From IMG/VR virus record IMGVR_UViG_3300025508_000006, positions 52,031-116,030 of that record: a stretch of DNA of 64,000 nt; one strand, 5' to 3'. A model generated the notes under the pieces. That model ran no database searches. It was not told the DNA's origin and saw nothing but the letters and a program-made list of their open reading frames with translations. Position numbers and translations under genes: made by a program. Below are positions 1 through 10,100 of the stretch, in pieces (the first letter of the stretch is position 1; each line of letters begins with the position of its first letter). This DNA is from a virus.

Positions 1-75
1 CCAACAAGAAACAATATCCTGAGATTCGACAACGAAGCGTCTATCGCTAGAGCAGTGCTTACAGACACCTTATAA
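1..75 (+). CDS. gp6: 3' end of baseplate wedge protein gp6 (partial)
   Basis: Frame 1 reads PTRNNILRFDNEASIARAVLTDTL*. It resembles the P-x-R-N-x-I-L C-terminus of gp6 in cyanophage-like T4s and lies directly upstream of gp8. Confidence 0.6.
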   Translation, partial: PTRNNILRFDNEASIARAVLTDTL

Positions 76-78
76 ATA
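71..78 (+). promoter_or_regulatory. T4-type late (gp55) promoter
   Basis: Exact TATAAATA upstream of the gp8 start. Confidence 0.8.
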
Positions 79-105
79 GACTCATATTACTAAAGAGAAA
101 AATAA

Positions 106-1500
106 ATGACATCTGCAATTACTAATACGTTTAGGAGTCTTCTTTTAGATCAACTTAAAGAAGACATCGACGGCACGAGCGAGAACTATTATATTGGTCT
201 TGCGAGGGCGGACTTGATTACCAATCCTACGATTGAAAACTCGATCTATGCGCAGAATCAAGTTAGACATTCTCTTCAGGCAGTTAAAGCACTGAATAAC
301 GCCTCTCATGTTATTAAGAACGTTACTTGGTCATCTGGTTTTGCTTACGAATCCTATAACGATGCTCTACCTGCTCAAGAGAATTTCTATGTTATTAATT
401 CATCAAGAGAAGTGTTTATCTGTATAGAGCAAGGTAAAAATGCTGAAGGTATTGTTCAGCAGTCAGTAAATCAACCATTCGCATCGCATGAACGATCTGT
501 TGTGAATGGAGGTGGTTTAGCATCTAATGGTAAAACCTTTATTCTCGAAGACCTATATAAGTGGCGTTACCTGTTCACACTATCAAACCTTGCATATGCT
601 ACATACAAAACAAACGAATGGATTCCAGTAAAGAAAGCATTATCTACTGCAACTATTGCAGAAGAGATAGAACAGTACACACTACAACAAGCATCAACTG
701 ACGGTGAAATTCTCAGTGTTGAAATTGTTGATGGAGGTTCAGGTTATACTGCAACTCCTGATCTCACGATAGATGGTGATGGTATTTTAGCAGACTTTGA
801 AGTCACTATCAATAATGGTAGTGTTGTAAAAGTAGAAGTATCGCAAAGTGAACTTGACGCATCGTATCAACACGGAACAGGTTATCGGTGTGCAATAGCA
901 ACATTATCTGCTGGTAATGCAGTACTGCGACCAATCATATCACCTCCGAAGGGCACACACGACGATCCAACTAAGATTCTAAAGTCGGTTGCACTAATGT
1001 TACAAGCAGATTTTAAATCGGACGAAGACGCGAAGATTCGAACAGAGAATGATTTTTATCAAACTTGTTTATTGAGAAATCTAAAGAAGTATGGTGACAG
1101 TGATGGAGAACAAGGTTATGTTGGTACAGATTCTGACTTTGATTTGAATGTTGGCAGCGCATTAAAAATTCTACAAATTAATAAAACAAATGGCGTGTTT
1201 GGTCCAGATGATGTATTCTCTAATGCTGAAAACACCATACAAGGTAAAGTGTATCACTATGATTCTGACGGTGCACAAAAGTTATATTATTATCAAGACG
1301 AGACTACAGGATTCGGTAAGTTTAATACCGGAGGTTCTCTTGTCAATAGAACCGTAACAGGCACAGGCAACATTCTTAGATTATTTAATCCTGACGTTGA
1401 CGCCACAACCGGTGATATTTTACACATAAATAATGTTGGACAGATAACACGCGGTTCTAATCAAACCGAAGACATTCGCATCGTAATTCAGTTAGGATAA
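106..1500 (+). CDS. gp8: baseplate wedge protein gp8-like
   Basis: N-terminal SAITNTFR...YYIGL, FYVINS..VFICI, YKWRYLF and C-terminal R...QTEDIRIVIQ motifs are typical of cyanophage-type gp8; position after gp6. Confidence 0.8.
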   Translation: MTSAITNTFRSLLLDQLKEDIDGTSENYYIGLARADLITNPTIENSIYAQNQVRHSLQAVKALNNASHVIKNVTWSSGFAYESYNDALPAQENFYVINSSREVFICIEQGKNAEGIVQQSVNQPFASHERSVVNGGGLASNGKTFILEDLYKWRYLFTLSNLAYATYKTNEWIPVKKALSTATIAEEIEQYTLQQASTDGEILSVEIVDGGSGYTATPDLTIDGDGILADFEVTINNGSVVKVEVSQSELDASYQHGTGYRCAIATLSAGNAVLRPIISPPKGTHDDPTKILKSVALMLQADFKSDEDAKIRTENDFYQTCLLRNLKKYGDSDGEQGYVGTDSDFDLNVGSALKILQINKTNGVFGPDDVFSNAENTIQGKVYHYDSDGAQKLYYYQDETTGFGKFNTGGSLVNRTVTGTGNILRLFNPDVDATTGDILHINNVGQITRGSNQTEDIRIVIQLG

Positions 1501-1512
1501 GAGACTAAAAAC

Positions 1513-4500
1513 ATGGCAAATATATTCACATCTAATACGTTATCTGGAAGTTATGCAGACGATTATAACGCTAATGACAACTATCATCAGATATTGTTTA
1601 ACAGCGGTCGCGCACTTCAGTCACGAGAACTTACACAGATGCAGACTCTTATCTATGAAGAGATGGGTCGCATGGGTTCGAACATATTTAAAGACGGTGC
1701 AGTAGTAAATGGTGGTGGTGTTAGCATGAACAATGCTTATCACTTCGTCAAGATTGCATCTACTAATCAGGGTGGCGAGTTCGGTGCTATACCAAACGGC
1801 ACTATCATAAAGAATCCTAACACAAATGTTTCTGCTCAGGTTATTCAAGCGATACCTGCTAACGGTACTCAGTTATTTGATACACTGTTCGTTGAGTACA
1901 TTAATAGTGGTAATGCACTAGCGACAAATTCACCAACTACATTTGGTGATAACGAAACCCTAGTTGAGCAATTTGCTACAAGCAGTGCTTATGAGTTAGT
2001 GACAGAGACTCCTGATGCGACAGGTTACGGTGCTAAGTTTACTGTTGCAGAAGGCGACTTCTTCATTCTAGGTCGTTTTGTTCATACCGAAGAACAGTCG
2101 ATTATTCTTTCATCTTATACTGGTGACAACATTAATGCTGAGGTAGGTTTCAAAGTCATTCAGCAAGTAGTAACTGTTACAGATACCGATTCTCTCTATG
2201 ACAATGCTTCGGGTATTGTTAATACTGCTTCACCTGGTGCTGATCGACTTCGCATCAGATTAGAACTTACTACTAGAGATTTGATTGGAGTAAACGATAC
2301 GTTCGTATTCCTTGCAGAGGTTGAAAACTCAGCAATCAGTGAACAACTACAATCTATTGACGCATATAGTAAAATCGAAGAACTTCTTGCGCTACGTACT
2401 AAGGAAGAGTCTGGTGATTATGTTGTCGAACCTTTCATTGTTAATGTCAGTGAAAACGACAATGGCATAGATGCTAATCTCGAACTTAATGTAAGTGAAG
2501 GTACTGCATATGTAAATGGTTATCGTGCAGAGAATCAATCACCAATTACTTTAAGTCTTCCACGACCAACAGAAACCGAGACAGTAGAGAACGATGTTAT
2601 CGGTGTGAACTACGGCAACTACTTTGTATGTACTGCAAACAGAGGTCTTCCTAATCTTGATCTTGCAAGAGTTGACTTGTGGAGCGCAACAGGTTATGGC
2701 GGTGGTGGTACTGATTACGGTACTTGTCGTATTCGTGCAGTAGAACCTTTCGGAACTAAGTTTAAAGTTTATGTATTTGACATGAGAGTGTTTACTACAG
2801 AAGACCTCGGTAATGTAAAAAGTATTGGTTCCTCAACTACTGATTACTTCGATATCGATTTACAGGGTGGTAAAGCAGTACTACACGAAACTACTAATAA
2901 TAATACAGCATTATTTGCAGCGGCATATCCTCGTATAGAGTCTCTTGCAGATATTGTGTTATCAAAACAAGTACGTCAACAAAAGACTGCATCCACTAAT
3001 GCTGTCACTCTTGATCAGTTACCCGTGGGTTCTTCATATGTAGATTCATCTTTATGGATTGTAAGTTTAAGCAGTGCAGTGATCGAAGCACCTAGCACCT
3101 ACACTGTTGCTATCACTAACGGTGGTAGAGATGCTACTATAACAAGTCTTGCTAGTGCTTCTGGTACGTATGAAATTCTTGCTTATGTTCAGAAGACTGC
3201 AACAGTTCGTCCAAAGACTCTCACAACCGCAACTGCAACTATCAACAGTACTACTGACTCTGCTGGTCGTACATTGTTTGATATTGGTGTTCCTGACATC
3301 TACTCTATTGATTCAGTGCGTCAAAGTAACAGTGTAGGTTTTGATCTCTCGTCCGCAGTAGTACTTGACGATGGACAACGTGACAACTATTATGCTGACG
3401 GTAGTCTTTTACTCAAAGAAGGTCATGCAGATCCTTCTGCGATCTACATTTCATATAAGCACTTTGCACGAGGCAGTGGTGATTTCTACGCTCCTTCTTC
3501 TTACAACGTTCCTTATAAAGATATTCCTTTACATACATCAGTCACTGGTGATACAATTGATCTACGTGATGTTGTTGACTTCAGAGGAGATAGAAATGGT
3601 TTCGAAGGAACTTTCTCTAATGTCAATGCTCTACCTAGAGTAGGTACTAATATTACTGCTGATATCGACTATTATCTACCTCGTGCAGATAAAGTGATTA
3701 TTACACCAGAAGGTGAAGTACAAGTATTAATGGGTCAGCAAGCGCGTGAACCTCAGTTCAAAGAAACGCCTATGCACTCTATGGAACTATACAAGATTAT
3801 TCTCAACGGTAATACTATCAGCGAAAATGATTTGACTGTACTTCCAACAGCACAGCAACGCGGTTACACGATGAAAGATATTGGTGATATTGATCGCAAA
3901 TTAGATGCTCTTGAAGAATCCACATCATTAAGCATTGCAGAACTTGAAGCGAGATTGGACAATGTTCTTGATAGTGCTGGTGTTATTCGTATCATTAGTG
4001 GTATGCAAGTAGACGAGCATGGCGATCAAGGCAATAGTGAAGTCGAATCACCCGATTATAAGGCAGCAATTGATCCTGAGAATCGTTTAGTACGTCCTTC
4101 TTTTGAAGAAGGTAATATGCGTCTAATCTTCGACTCGGCGGCATCTTCGGGTGTTGTTAAGAAAGGTGATAATGTTTATCTTGCTCACACCGAAGCATCT
4201 TGGGTAAACCAAAGTATTGCATCACGGTCAGTTAAGATCAATCCGTTCGGTCTTATTGATAATGTAGGAACGATGAAACTATCACCATCAACTGATGAGT
4301 GGAAAGAATCTATTCAAAATGCCGCCAAGTCTCTTGCGGGTTCGGGTCGTCTATTCGGTAATCAGGCATTCTTATGGAATAACTGGATGTGGAACTGGCA
4401 GGGACGTACTGCGAAAGAGAATGCTGAAATTTCTAAGTTGGCAGGAGTAGTTCGTACTGGTTCTGGCAGAGCGAAAGCATTTGCTTTAAGAACATTACAT

Positions 4501-6891
4501 AATAAATATGGACTATCACAATCCGCCACTATCAAACGTATTATCTCTGGTAATACTCTACGTAACGTAGTAGGTGACAGAACTATTGATGTTGCATTTG
4601 TACCATGGATTAGATCACGTAAGATTTACTTCAAGGCACAAGGACTAACGCCCAACACTAAGTTTACACCATTCTTTGATGGTACTGATGTTTCAGTTTG
4701 GTGTCGCGAAGAATCATCGTTTGTTCAGTGGTCTGATAGAACAGATGAGATTGGTAACAAGTTTACTCACTCAGCGATAGTCGGTCATCCAGACGGCACA
4801 AGCGATCTGATTGCTGATGCTAACGGCGAAGTTATTGGATCATTCTTCATTCCTAATATCAGTCCTAAGTTAGAAGTTGCTCACACTAAGTATCGCGGAC
4901 GATACAACAAATATTATCTACGATTCAGATCAGGCGCACGAGAGTTCAAACTTCTCGATATTAATGTCAATGATTGGGCAAGTGCAAACAGTAAAGCATT
5001 CACTCACTATACTGTTAAAGGTCTGTTGCCTTGGACTTGGTACAATCCTTTAACTTATACACGTGGTCATCGTTATCTTTATCCTTACAACTATCGACAT
5101 AAGTTGTATTCAGCAAAAGAAATGAAAAAGGTTCTTGATAGTATACCAGCGAGTCAGGTGAATATTATTGATCCAAGATTATCTGGACTATATGGTCCTG
5201 ACGGTGTATCTCTGAATGCGGCAGCACTACAGACGCTTGCTAATAATCAAGATATGTCTAAGGTTCTGTCTGACTACATTAACGTGAATCAGGCACAGTT
5301 CGCTTCTATTCTTGGTGTAAGAGCAATTCCTACTCCTATGAATCCATTGGCACAGTCCTTTAAAGTCAACAACGAGTTTGGCGTAACACTAACTAAAATC
5401 GAGTTGTTCTTTAAGTCGAAACCAACTAATGTATCTCTGCCTGTTTCTGTACATGTTCGTCCTGTAGAGAATGGTAAACCTTCGATGAGTAGCATAGTAC
5501 CAGACTCGCATGTTTATGTCAATAGTGCAAATGTTATTGTTTCTAGCACAGGTGCTCAGTTAGCAACTATTCAAGGTAATGGAACGTCATTCGTATTCGA
5601 CGAACCTATTTACTTGGCACCAGGACAAGACTATGCTATTGTAGTTACTTCACAGTCAACTGAATATGAATTGTTCAGTGCTAGAACTAGAGAGTCGGTT
5701 ATCAACTCAACTGGTAGATACAACACTACACAAACTCCGGGTTATCTCTTCTTACCACAAAATGGTAAGAACTGGGAGAAATCACAGAACGAAGACTTAA
5801 TGTTTAAAGTTACTCGTGCAGTGTTCGGTTCAGGCGGCGGTGCTAACGGTAGTGTGATATTGAAAAATGCTTCTGTTCCTGCTAAACTTCTTGAAGAGAA
5901 TCCGATTCAAACTACGTTCAGCGACGAAAAGATTTATGTACGTCACATCAATCACGGTTTACGTCCAGGTGATGGTTGTAATGTTGATAGTGCTACAGAA
6001 ACGGGTGGTTTCTCTGCCGCACAGTTGAGCGGTTCGCATCAAGTTATTGATGTTGATATGTACGGTTACAGATTTGAAATTGATCCTTCTAATCCTGTTG
6101 TTGCTACATCAACAGCAACTGGTGGTGGTGAGAGAGTATTGTCACAAGGAAATATAAACTTCTCAGTAGTTAATCCAATTATCGAGTCGATTATTCCTAA
6201 CTCTACTTCGATTGATGTATCAGGTAAGTTTACTTCTGGGCGATCAATCTCTGGTTCAGAAACTCGATTTACACAGGACGCTAATTTTAACAGAATTACT
6301 CCTAAGACTAATACTGATCTTGCCTCAACGTTCACTCTGTATAACGACTTCGAAGTTGATTCATCTACCATGAGCGGAATCAATTCTTCTACTTTGTTTA
6401 AAGTTGACATGAAGAGTGCTAATGATTATGTTTCACCAATCATTGACTTACAAAGATCATCTTTGGTCACAGTAAACAATCTAGTTGATGATCCATCGGT
6501 TACTCCTCACATCTATAGTGTTGGAGCAACGGCAGCATCAGGAGCGTCTTCAAGTACTGCTCACATTATGAAACCAGTTGTTCTTGATCAACCTGCTATC
6601 GGTATTGAGATTACAGCGGAGTTAGCGATACACTATACAAGTAATGTTAAAGTATACTATAGAGTAGGCGCCGCAGATGAGAATCTTAATGATCTTGTAT
6701 GGATACTTCAACCAGAATTTAGCACTATCGTTAAAGATGCACAAATGCGTAAAGTTAAGTTTCTTGCTGGTGGTCAGGGCGGTACACTGAAACCATTTAA
6801 TCAAGCACAGACTAAGTTGATTATTGAAGGAACTGATCCTGCAAATACAGCAAAAATAGGTGATATAGTTGTTAAGTGGTTAGCAAGTTAA
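1513..6891 (+). CDS. large virion structural protein, DUF4815/VrlC-like
   Basis: YADDY...YHQILF..GRALQSRELTQMQ N-terminus, TASPGADRL, RTKEESGDY and PLAQSF motifs; usual position after gp8. Confidence 0.8.
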   Translation: MANIFTSNTLSGSYADDYNANDNYHQILFNSGRALQSRELTQMQTLIYEEMGRMGSNIFKDGAVVNGGGVSMNNAYHFVKIASTNQGGEFGAIPNGTIIKNPNTNVSAQVIQAIPANGTQLFDTLFVEYINSGNALATNSPTTFGDNETLVEQFATSSAYELVTETPDATGYGAKFTVAEGDFFILGRFVHTEEQSIILSSYTGDNINAEVGFKVIQQVVTVTDTDSLYDNASGIVNTASPGADRLRIRLELTTRDLIGVNDTFVFLAEVENSAISEQLQSIDAYSKIEELLALRTKEESGDYVVEPFIVNVSENDNGIDANLELNVSEGTAYVNGYRAENQSPITLSLPRPTETETVENDVIGVNYGNYFVCTANRGLPNLDLARVDLWSATGYGGGGTDYGTCRIRAVEPFGTKFKVYVFDMRVFTTEDLGNVKSIGSSTTDYFDIDLQGGKAVLHETTNNNTALFAAAYPRIESLADIVLSKQVRQQKTASTNAVTLDQLPVGSSYVDSSLWIVSLSSAVIEAPSTYTVAITNGGRDATITSLASASGTYEILAYVQKTATVRPKTLTTATATINSTTDSAGRTLFDIGVPDIYSIDSVRQSNSVGFDLSSAVVLDDGQRDNYYADGSLLLKEGHADPSAIYISYKHFARGSGDFYAPSSYNVPYKDIPLHTSVTGDTIDLRDVVDFRGDRNGFEGTFSNVNALPRVGTNITADIDYYLPRADKVIITPEGEVQVLMGQQAREPQFKETPMHSMELYKIILNGNTISENDLTVLPTAQQRGYTMKDIGDIDRKLDALEESTSLSIAELEARLDNVLDSAGVIRIISGMQVDEHGDQGNSEVESPDYKAAIDPENRLVRPSFEEGNMRLIFDSAASSGVVKKGDNVYLAHTEASWVNQSIASRSVKINPFGLIDNVGTMKLSPSTDEWKESIQNAAKSLAGSGRLFGNQAFLWNNWMWNWQGRTAKENAEISKLAGVVRTGSGRAKAFALRTLHNKYGLSQSATIKRIISGNTLRNVVGDRTIDVAFVPWIRSRKIYFKAQGLTPNTKFTPFFDGTDVSVWCREESSFVQWSDRTDEIGNKFTHSAIVGHPDGTSDLIADANGEVIGSFFIPNISPKLEVAHTKYRGRYNKYYLRFRSGAREFKLLDINVNDWASANSKAFTHYTVKGLLPWTWYNPLTYTRGHRYLYPYNYRHKLYSAKEMKKVLDSIPASQVNIIDPRLSGLYGPDGVSLNAAALQTLANNQDMSKVLSDYINVNQAQFASILGVRAIPTPMNPLAQSFKVNNEFGVTLTKIELFFKSKPTNVSLPVSVHVRPVENGKPSMSSIVPDSHVYVNSANVIVSSTGAQLATIQGNGTSFVFDEPIYLAPGQDYAIVVTSQSTEYELFSARTRESVINSTGRYNTTQTPGYLFLPQNGKNWEKSQNEDLMFKVTRAVFGSGGGANGSVILKNASVPAKLLEENPIQTTFSDEKIYVRHINHGLRPGDGCNVDSATETGGFSAAQLSGSHQVIDVDMYGYRFEIDPSNPVVATSTATGGGERVLSQGNINFSVVNPIIESIIPNSTSIDVSGKFTSGRSISGSETRFTQDANFNRITPKTNTDLASTFTLYNDFEVDSSTMSGINSSTLFKVDMKSANDYVSPIIDLQRSSLVTVNNLVDDPSVTPHIYSVGATAASGASSSTAHIMKPVVLDQPAIGIEITAELAIHYTSNVKVYYRVGAADENLNDLVWILQPEFSTIVKDAQMRKVKFLAGGQGGTLKPFNQAQTKLIIEGTDPANTAKIGDIVVKWLAS

Positions 6892-6892
6892 A

Positions 6893-7123
6893 ATGTCGCG
6901 CTACGTTAAAGTAGATGGTGTTCCTGGGTTAGTTCGAGATATGGAGTCTAATGCGTTAATAAACGTAAATTCTCATGAGATCGAACTTGCCCAGAAACAA
7001 AAGAGAATAAGAGAGAAGTCTAAAATAAATCGTCAAAACTTAGAGGATACAGTAGAAGTACTTCAGAAAGATATGTGTGAAATAAAGGAAGCATTAGCAA
7101 TATTGCTTTCCAGAAGCATATAA
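6893..7123 (+). CDS. conserved small hypothetical protein with coiled-coil C-terminus
   Basis: YVKVDG..GLVRD..SNALIN motif, usually found after VrlC-like genes in marine T4-like phages. Confidence 0.65.
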   Translation: MSRYVKVDGVPGLVRDMESNALINVNSHEIELAQKQKRIREKSKINRQNLEDTVEVLQKDMCEIKEALAILLSRSI

Positions 7124-7126
7124 ATA
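7119..7126 (+). promoter_or_regulatory. T4-type late promoter
   Basis: Exact TATAAATA ending 32 nt before the giant ORF. Confidence 0.8.
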
Positions 7127-7158
7127 AATGAAACAACTGACTCTAAGATGATAGATTT

Positions 7159-10100
7159 ATGTCCTTACCGCTAAAACATCTCGGCACTGGTGCTCTTCAA
7201 GAACTCGCTACGCTTGATATTGATTATCTTGCGTATCAAGCGGGTATTCATCTTGGTAAAATGAGTAACGAAGATGTCTCTGCTATCTCCACAAATGGTA
7301 GCGGAGCAACAGTTGTCGGATCTTTTACAGATACTCTGTATGAGACAACAGTCGGTTCTACTCCAGGAACAACTTACACCGTAAACTTTACTGTTGAACA
7401 TCGTTCTAATCCTGGAACTGGTACACATACTGCAATATTCACAGCACAGAATGAAATGCCATCTCCTTTATATGTCGGAGATACAGTTTATGTTATCGTG
7501 AACGGTGATGCTATAACTGGATTCGAAGAGATCGGACACGAACTTGCTGTATCTGGTGATGCACTATTTGTTACCGAAGGTGTTAACACAACACCTACAG
7601 CAAATTCAGTTGATGGAACAAGAGTCGAGTGGGAAGACTTTCAGAATGTCGCAGGTCTCTCGGGATCATATCAGTCTGCCTTTGAAATTAAAGTGACTCA
7701 AGTAGGTCTCTTAAACTTTACTTTAACTGCTAACTCTACTGACGTAGATAACACAATCAAACAAACTGCTAATACTAGTATTATATTTCCTACTGTTGAA
7801 GTTGAAGAGACTTTACCACCGGAGTCTATAGGCGTACAGACTGATCTTTATCAAAAGACTACTGCTTCACAACCTATTAATACGACCAGTGCTTTAAAGA
7901 AAAATCCAATATACTGGAACAGAGCATTAACGCCTAATGGTGTTAAGGAGATGAATGACGCAGAACTTGACGCATTTTGCGAAGAGTTAGTCATACGTAT
8001 TATGCGGGACGAGTTGCCTGGTACTTATCGTCTATCCTCTAACAGTCCTGGTGCTAATTGGGTTCAGTTTATTCCTAGCGTATTCGAAGATACTCGTGCT
8101 GACGGAACTACAGTACCGTATTCAATATGGATAAGACAAGCGGGTATTAAACCTACTGTAATCAGACCAGTTTATGTTGCACGTAATGTAGAGAATGGTT
8201 GGGCAGGACTAAAAGAACATACAGATGCCGAAGTAGAATTTACTTTCGGCGAACGCGTAAAGAAAGCAATTGAAACTACAGGAATTGGTAAGTATCAGTT
8301 GCGCTCTTCAACACAAGGTGCACCCACTGATGCAGGTACATGGGTTGCACGTGGTAGTGCAATAGATACAAGACTTGAATACTTCTATGATACTGGTTAT
8401 CAGGCACTAGAAACCTACACGTCACAATATACAGAAGATTATCTTGGTGAGTATGAAGCAACTTATGCGGGTAACTATGAACCCACTTACACAGGCGAGT
8501 TCACAGGCGATTACCTAGGCACTTACGATGGTGACTTCATTGGCAACTACACTCCAACATATGACGGTGATTATCTAGGCGATTACTCGCAGAACTATCT
8601 TGGTGACTACAACACAGAATATACTCAGAACTATCTAGGTGACTATGTAAATCAATACACACCTACATATGATGGTGCCGATTACATTAGTGATTATGAA
8701 AATACATATGATGCTGATGCTGTCATTGAGCAATATGCCAGCGACTACGAATCTGTCGATTACGTTGGCAACTATATTTCTGATTATAACACAGACTATA
8801 TTTCCGATTATACCAATACATATCTTTCAGACTATTCTGGTACAGAGTATGTCGGCAATTATATTTCTGATTATCTAGGTGGATTCCAGACCGATTATCT
8901 CGGAAACTATATTTCAAATTATATTGATGATGTTTATGTAGGCAACTACATCACTGATTACACCAGCGATTATATTAGTAACTATCTTGGATCTTATGAT
9001 GGTGATTATCTAGGTGATTATGGCGCAAGTTATGAAGGTGCTTATGATAACTCATACGAAGGAGACTTCCAAGCAACTTATGCTGGTGACTTCACTGCTG
9101 ATTATCTCGGAACATATCTGACAGATTACGATTCGCAATACGAAGGGCAGTTCTCTGAAAACTACGATGGTGATTACATCAGCGACTATCTCGGAACATA
9201 TTCTAGTGGATATGAGTCTGAATATGAGACAGGTTATATAACCCAATACGAAGGCGCGTATGATGAATCAGAATATGTGGGCAACTTTGTTGCTAGTTAT
9301 GATAACTCATACGAAGGAGACTTCCAAGCAACTTACGCTGGTGATTACATCAGCGACTATCTCGGAACATACCTAAATGATTATGATTCACAATATGAAG
9401 GTCAATTCGCAGATAACTACGCCGGCGATTACATCAGCGACTACCTTGGAACATACGCTAGTGGATATGAGTCTGATTACTCCACTGACTACCTTACACA
9501 ATACGAAGGTGCGTATGATGAATCAGTATATGTGGGCAACTTTGTTGCTAGTTATGATAACTCATACGAGGGTGACTTTCAAGCAACTTATGCTGGTGAC
9601 TTCACTGCTGATTATCTTGGAACATACCTAAATGATTATGATTCACAATATGAGGGTCAGTTCGCAGATAACTACGATGGTGATTACATCAGCGACTATC
9701 TCGGAACGTACACTAGCGGATATGTGTCTGATTACTCTACTGACTATCTTACACAATACGAAGGTGCGTATGATGAAGCGAATTATCTAGGAAACTTTGT
9801 TGCTGATTATGTGTCTGACTTCGAAGGTGCTTACACCAATTTGTATGCTGGTGATTATATCAGCGACTATCTTGGAACATATGCTGGTGAATATGAAAGT
9901 GCTTATGCTACAAACTTCGATGGTATTTACGTTGGTGGATTCGATACAGATTATACAGCAACTTTTGATGGAGAATACGAGAACACCTATATCGGCAACT
10001 ATGTTTCAGACTATCTTAATGAGTTTGAAACCACATACACAGGCGACTATGGTGGTGAATACACCTCTACTTACGCCGGTAATTATAGTGGCAACTATAT

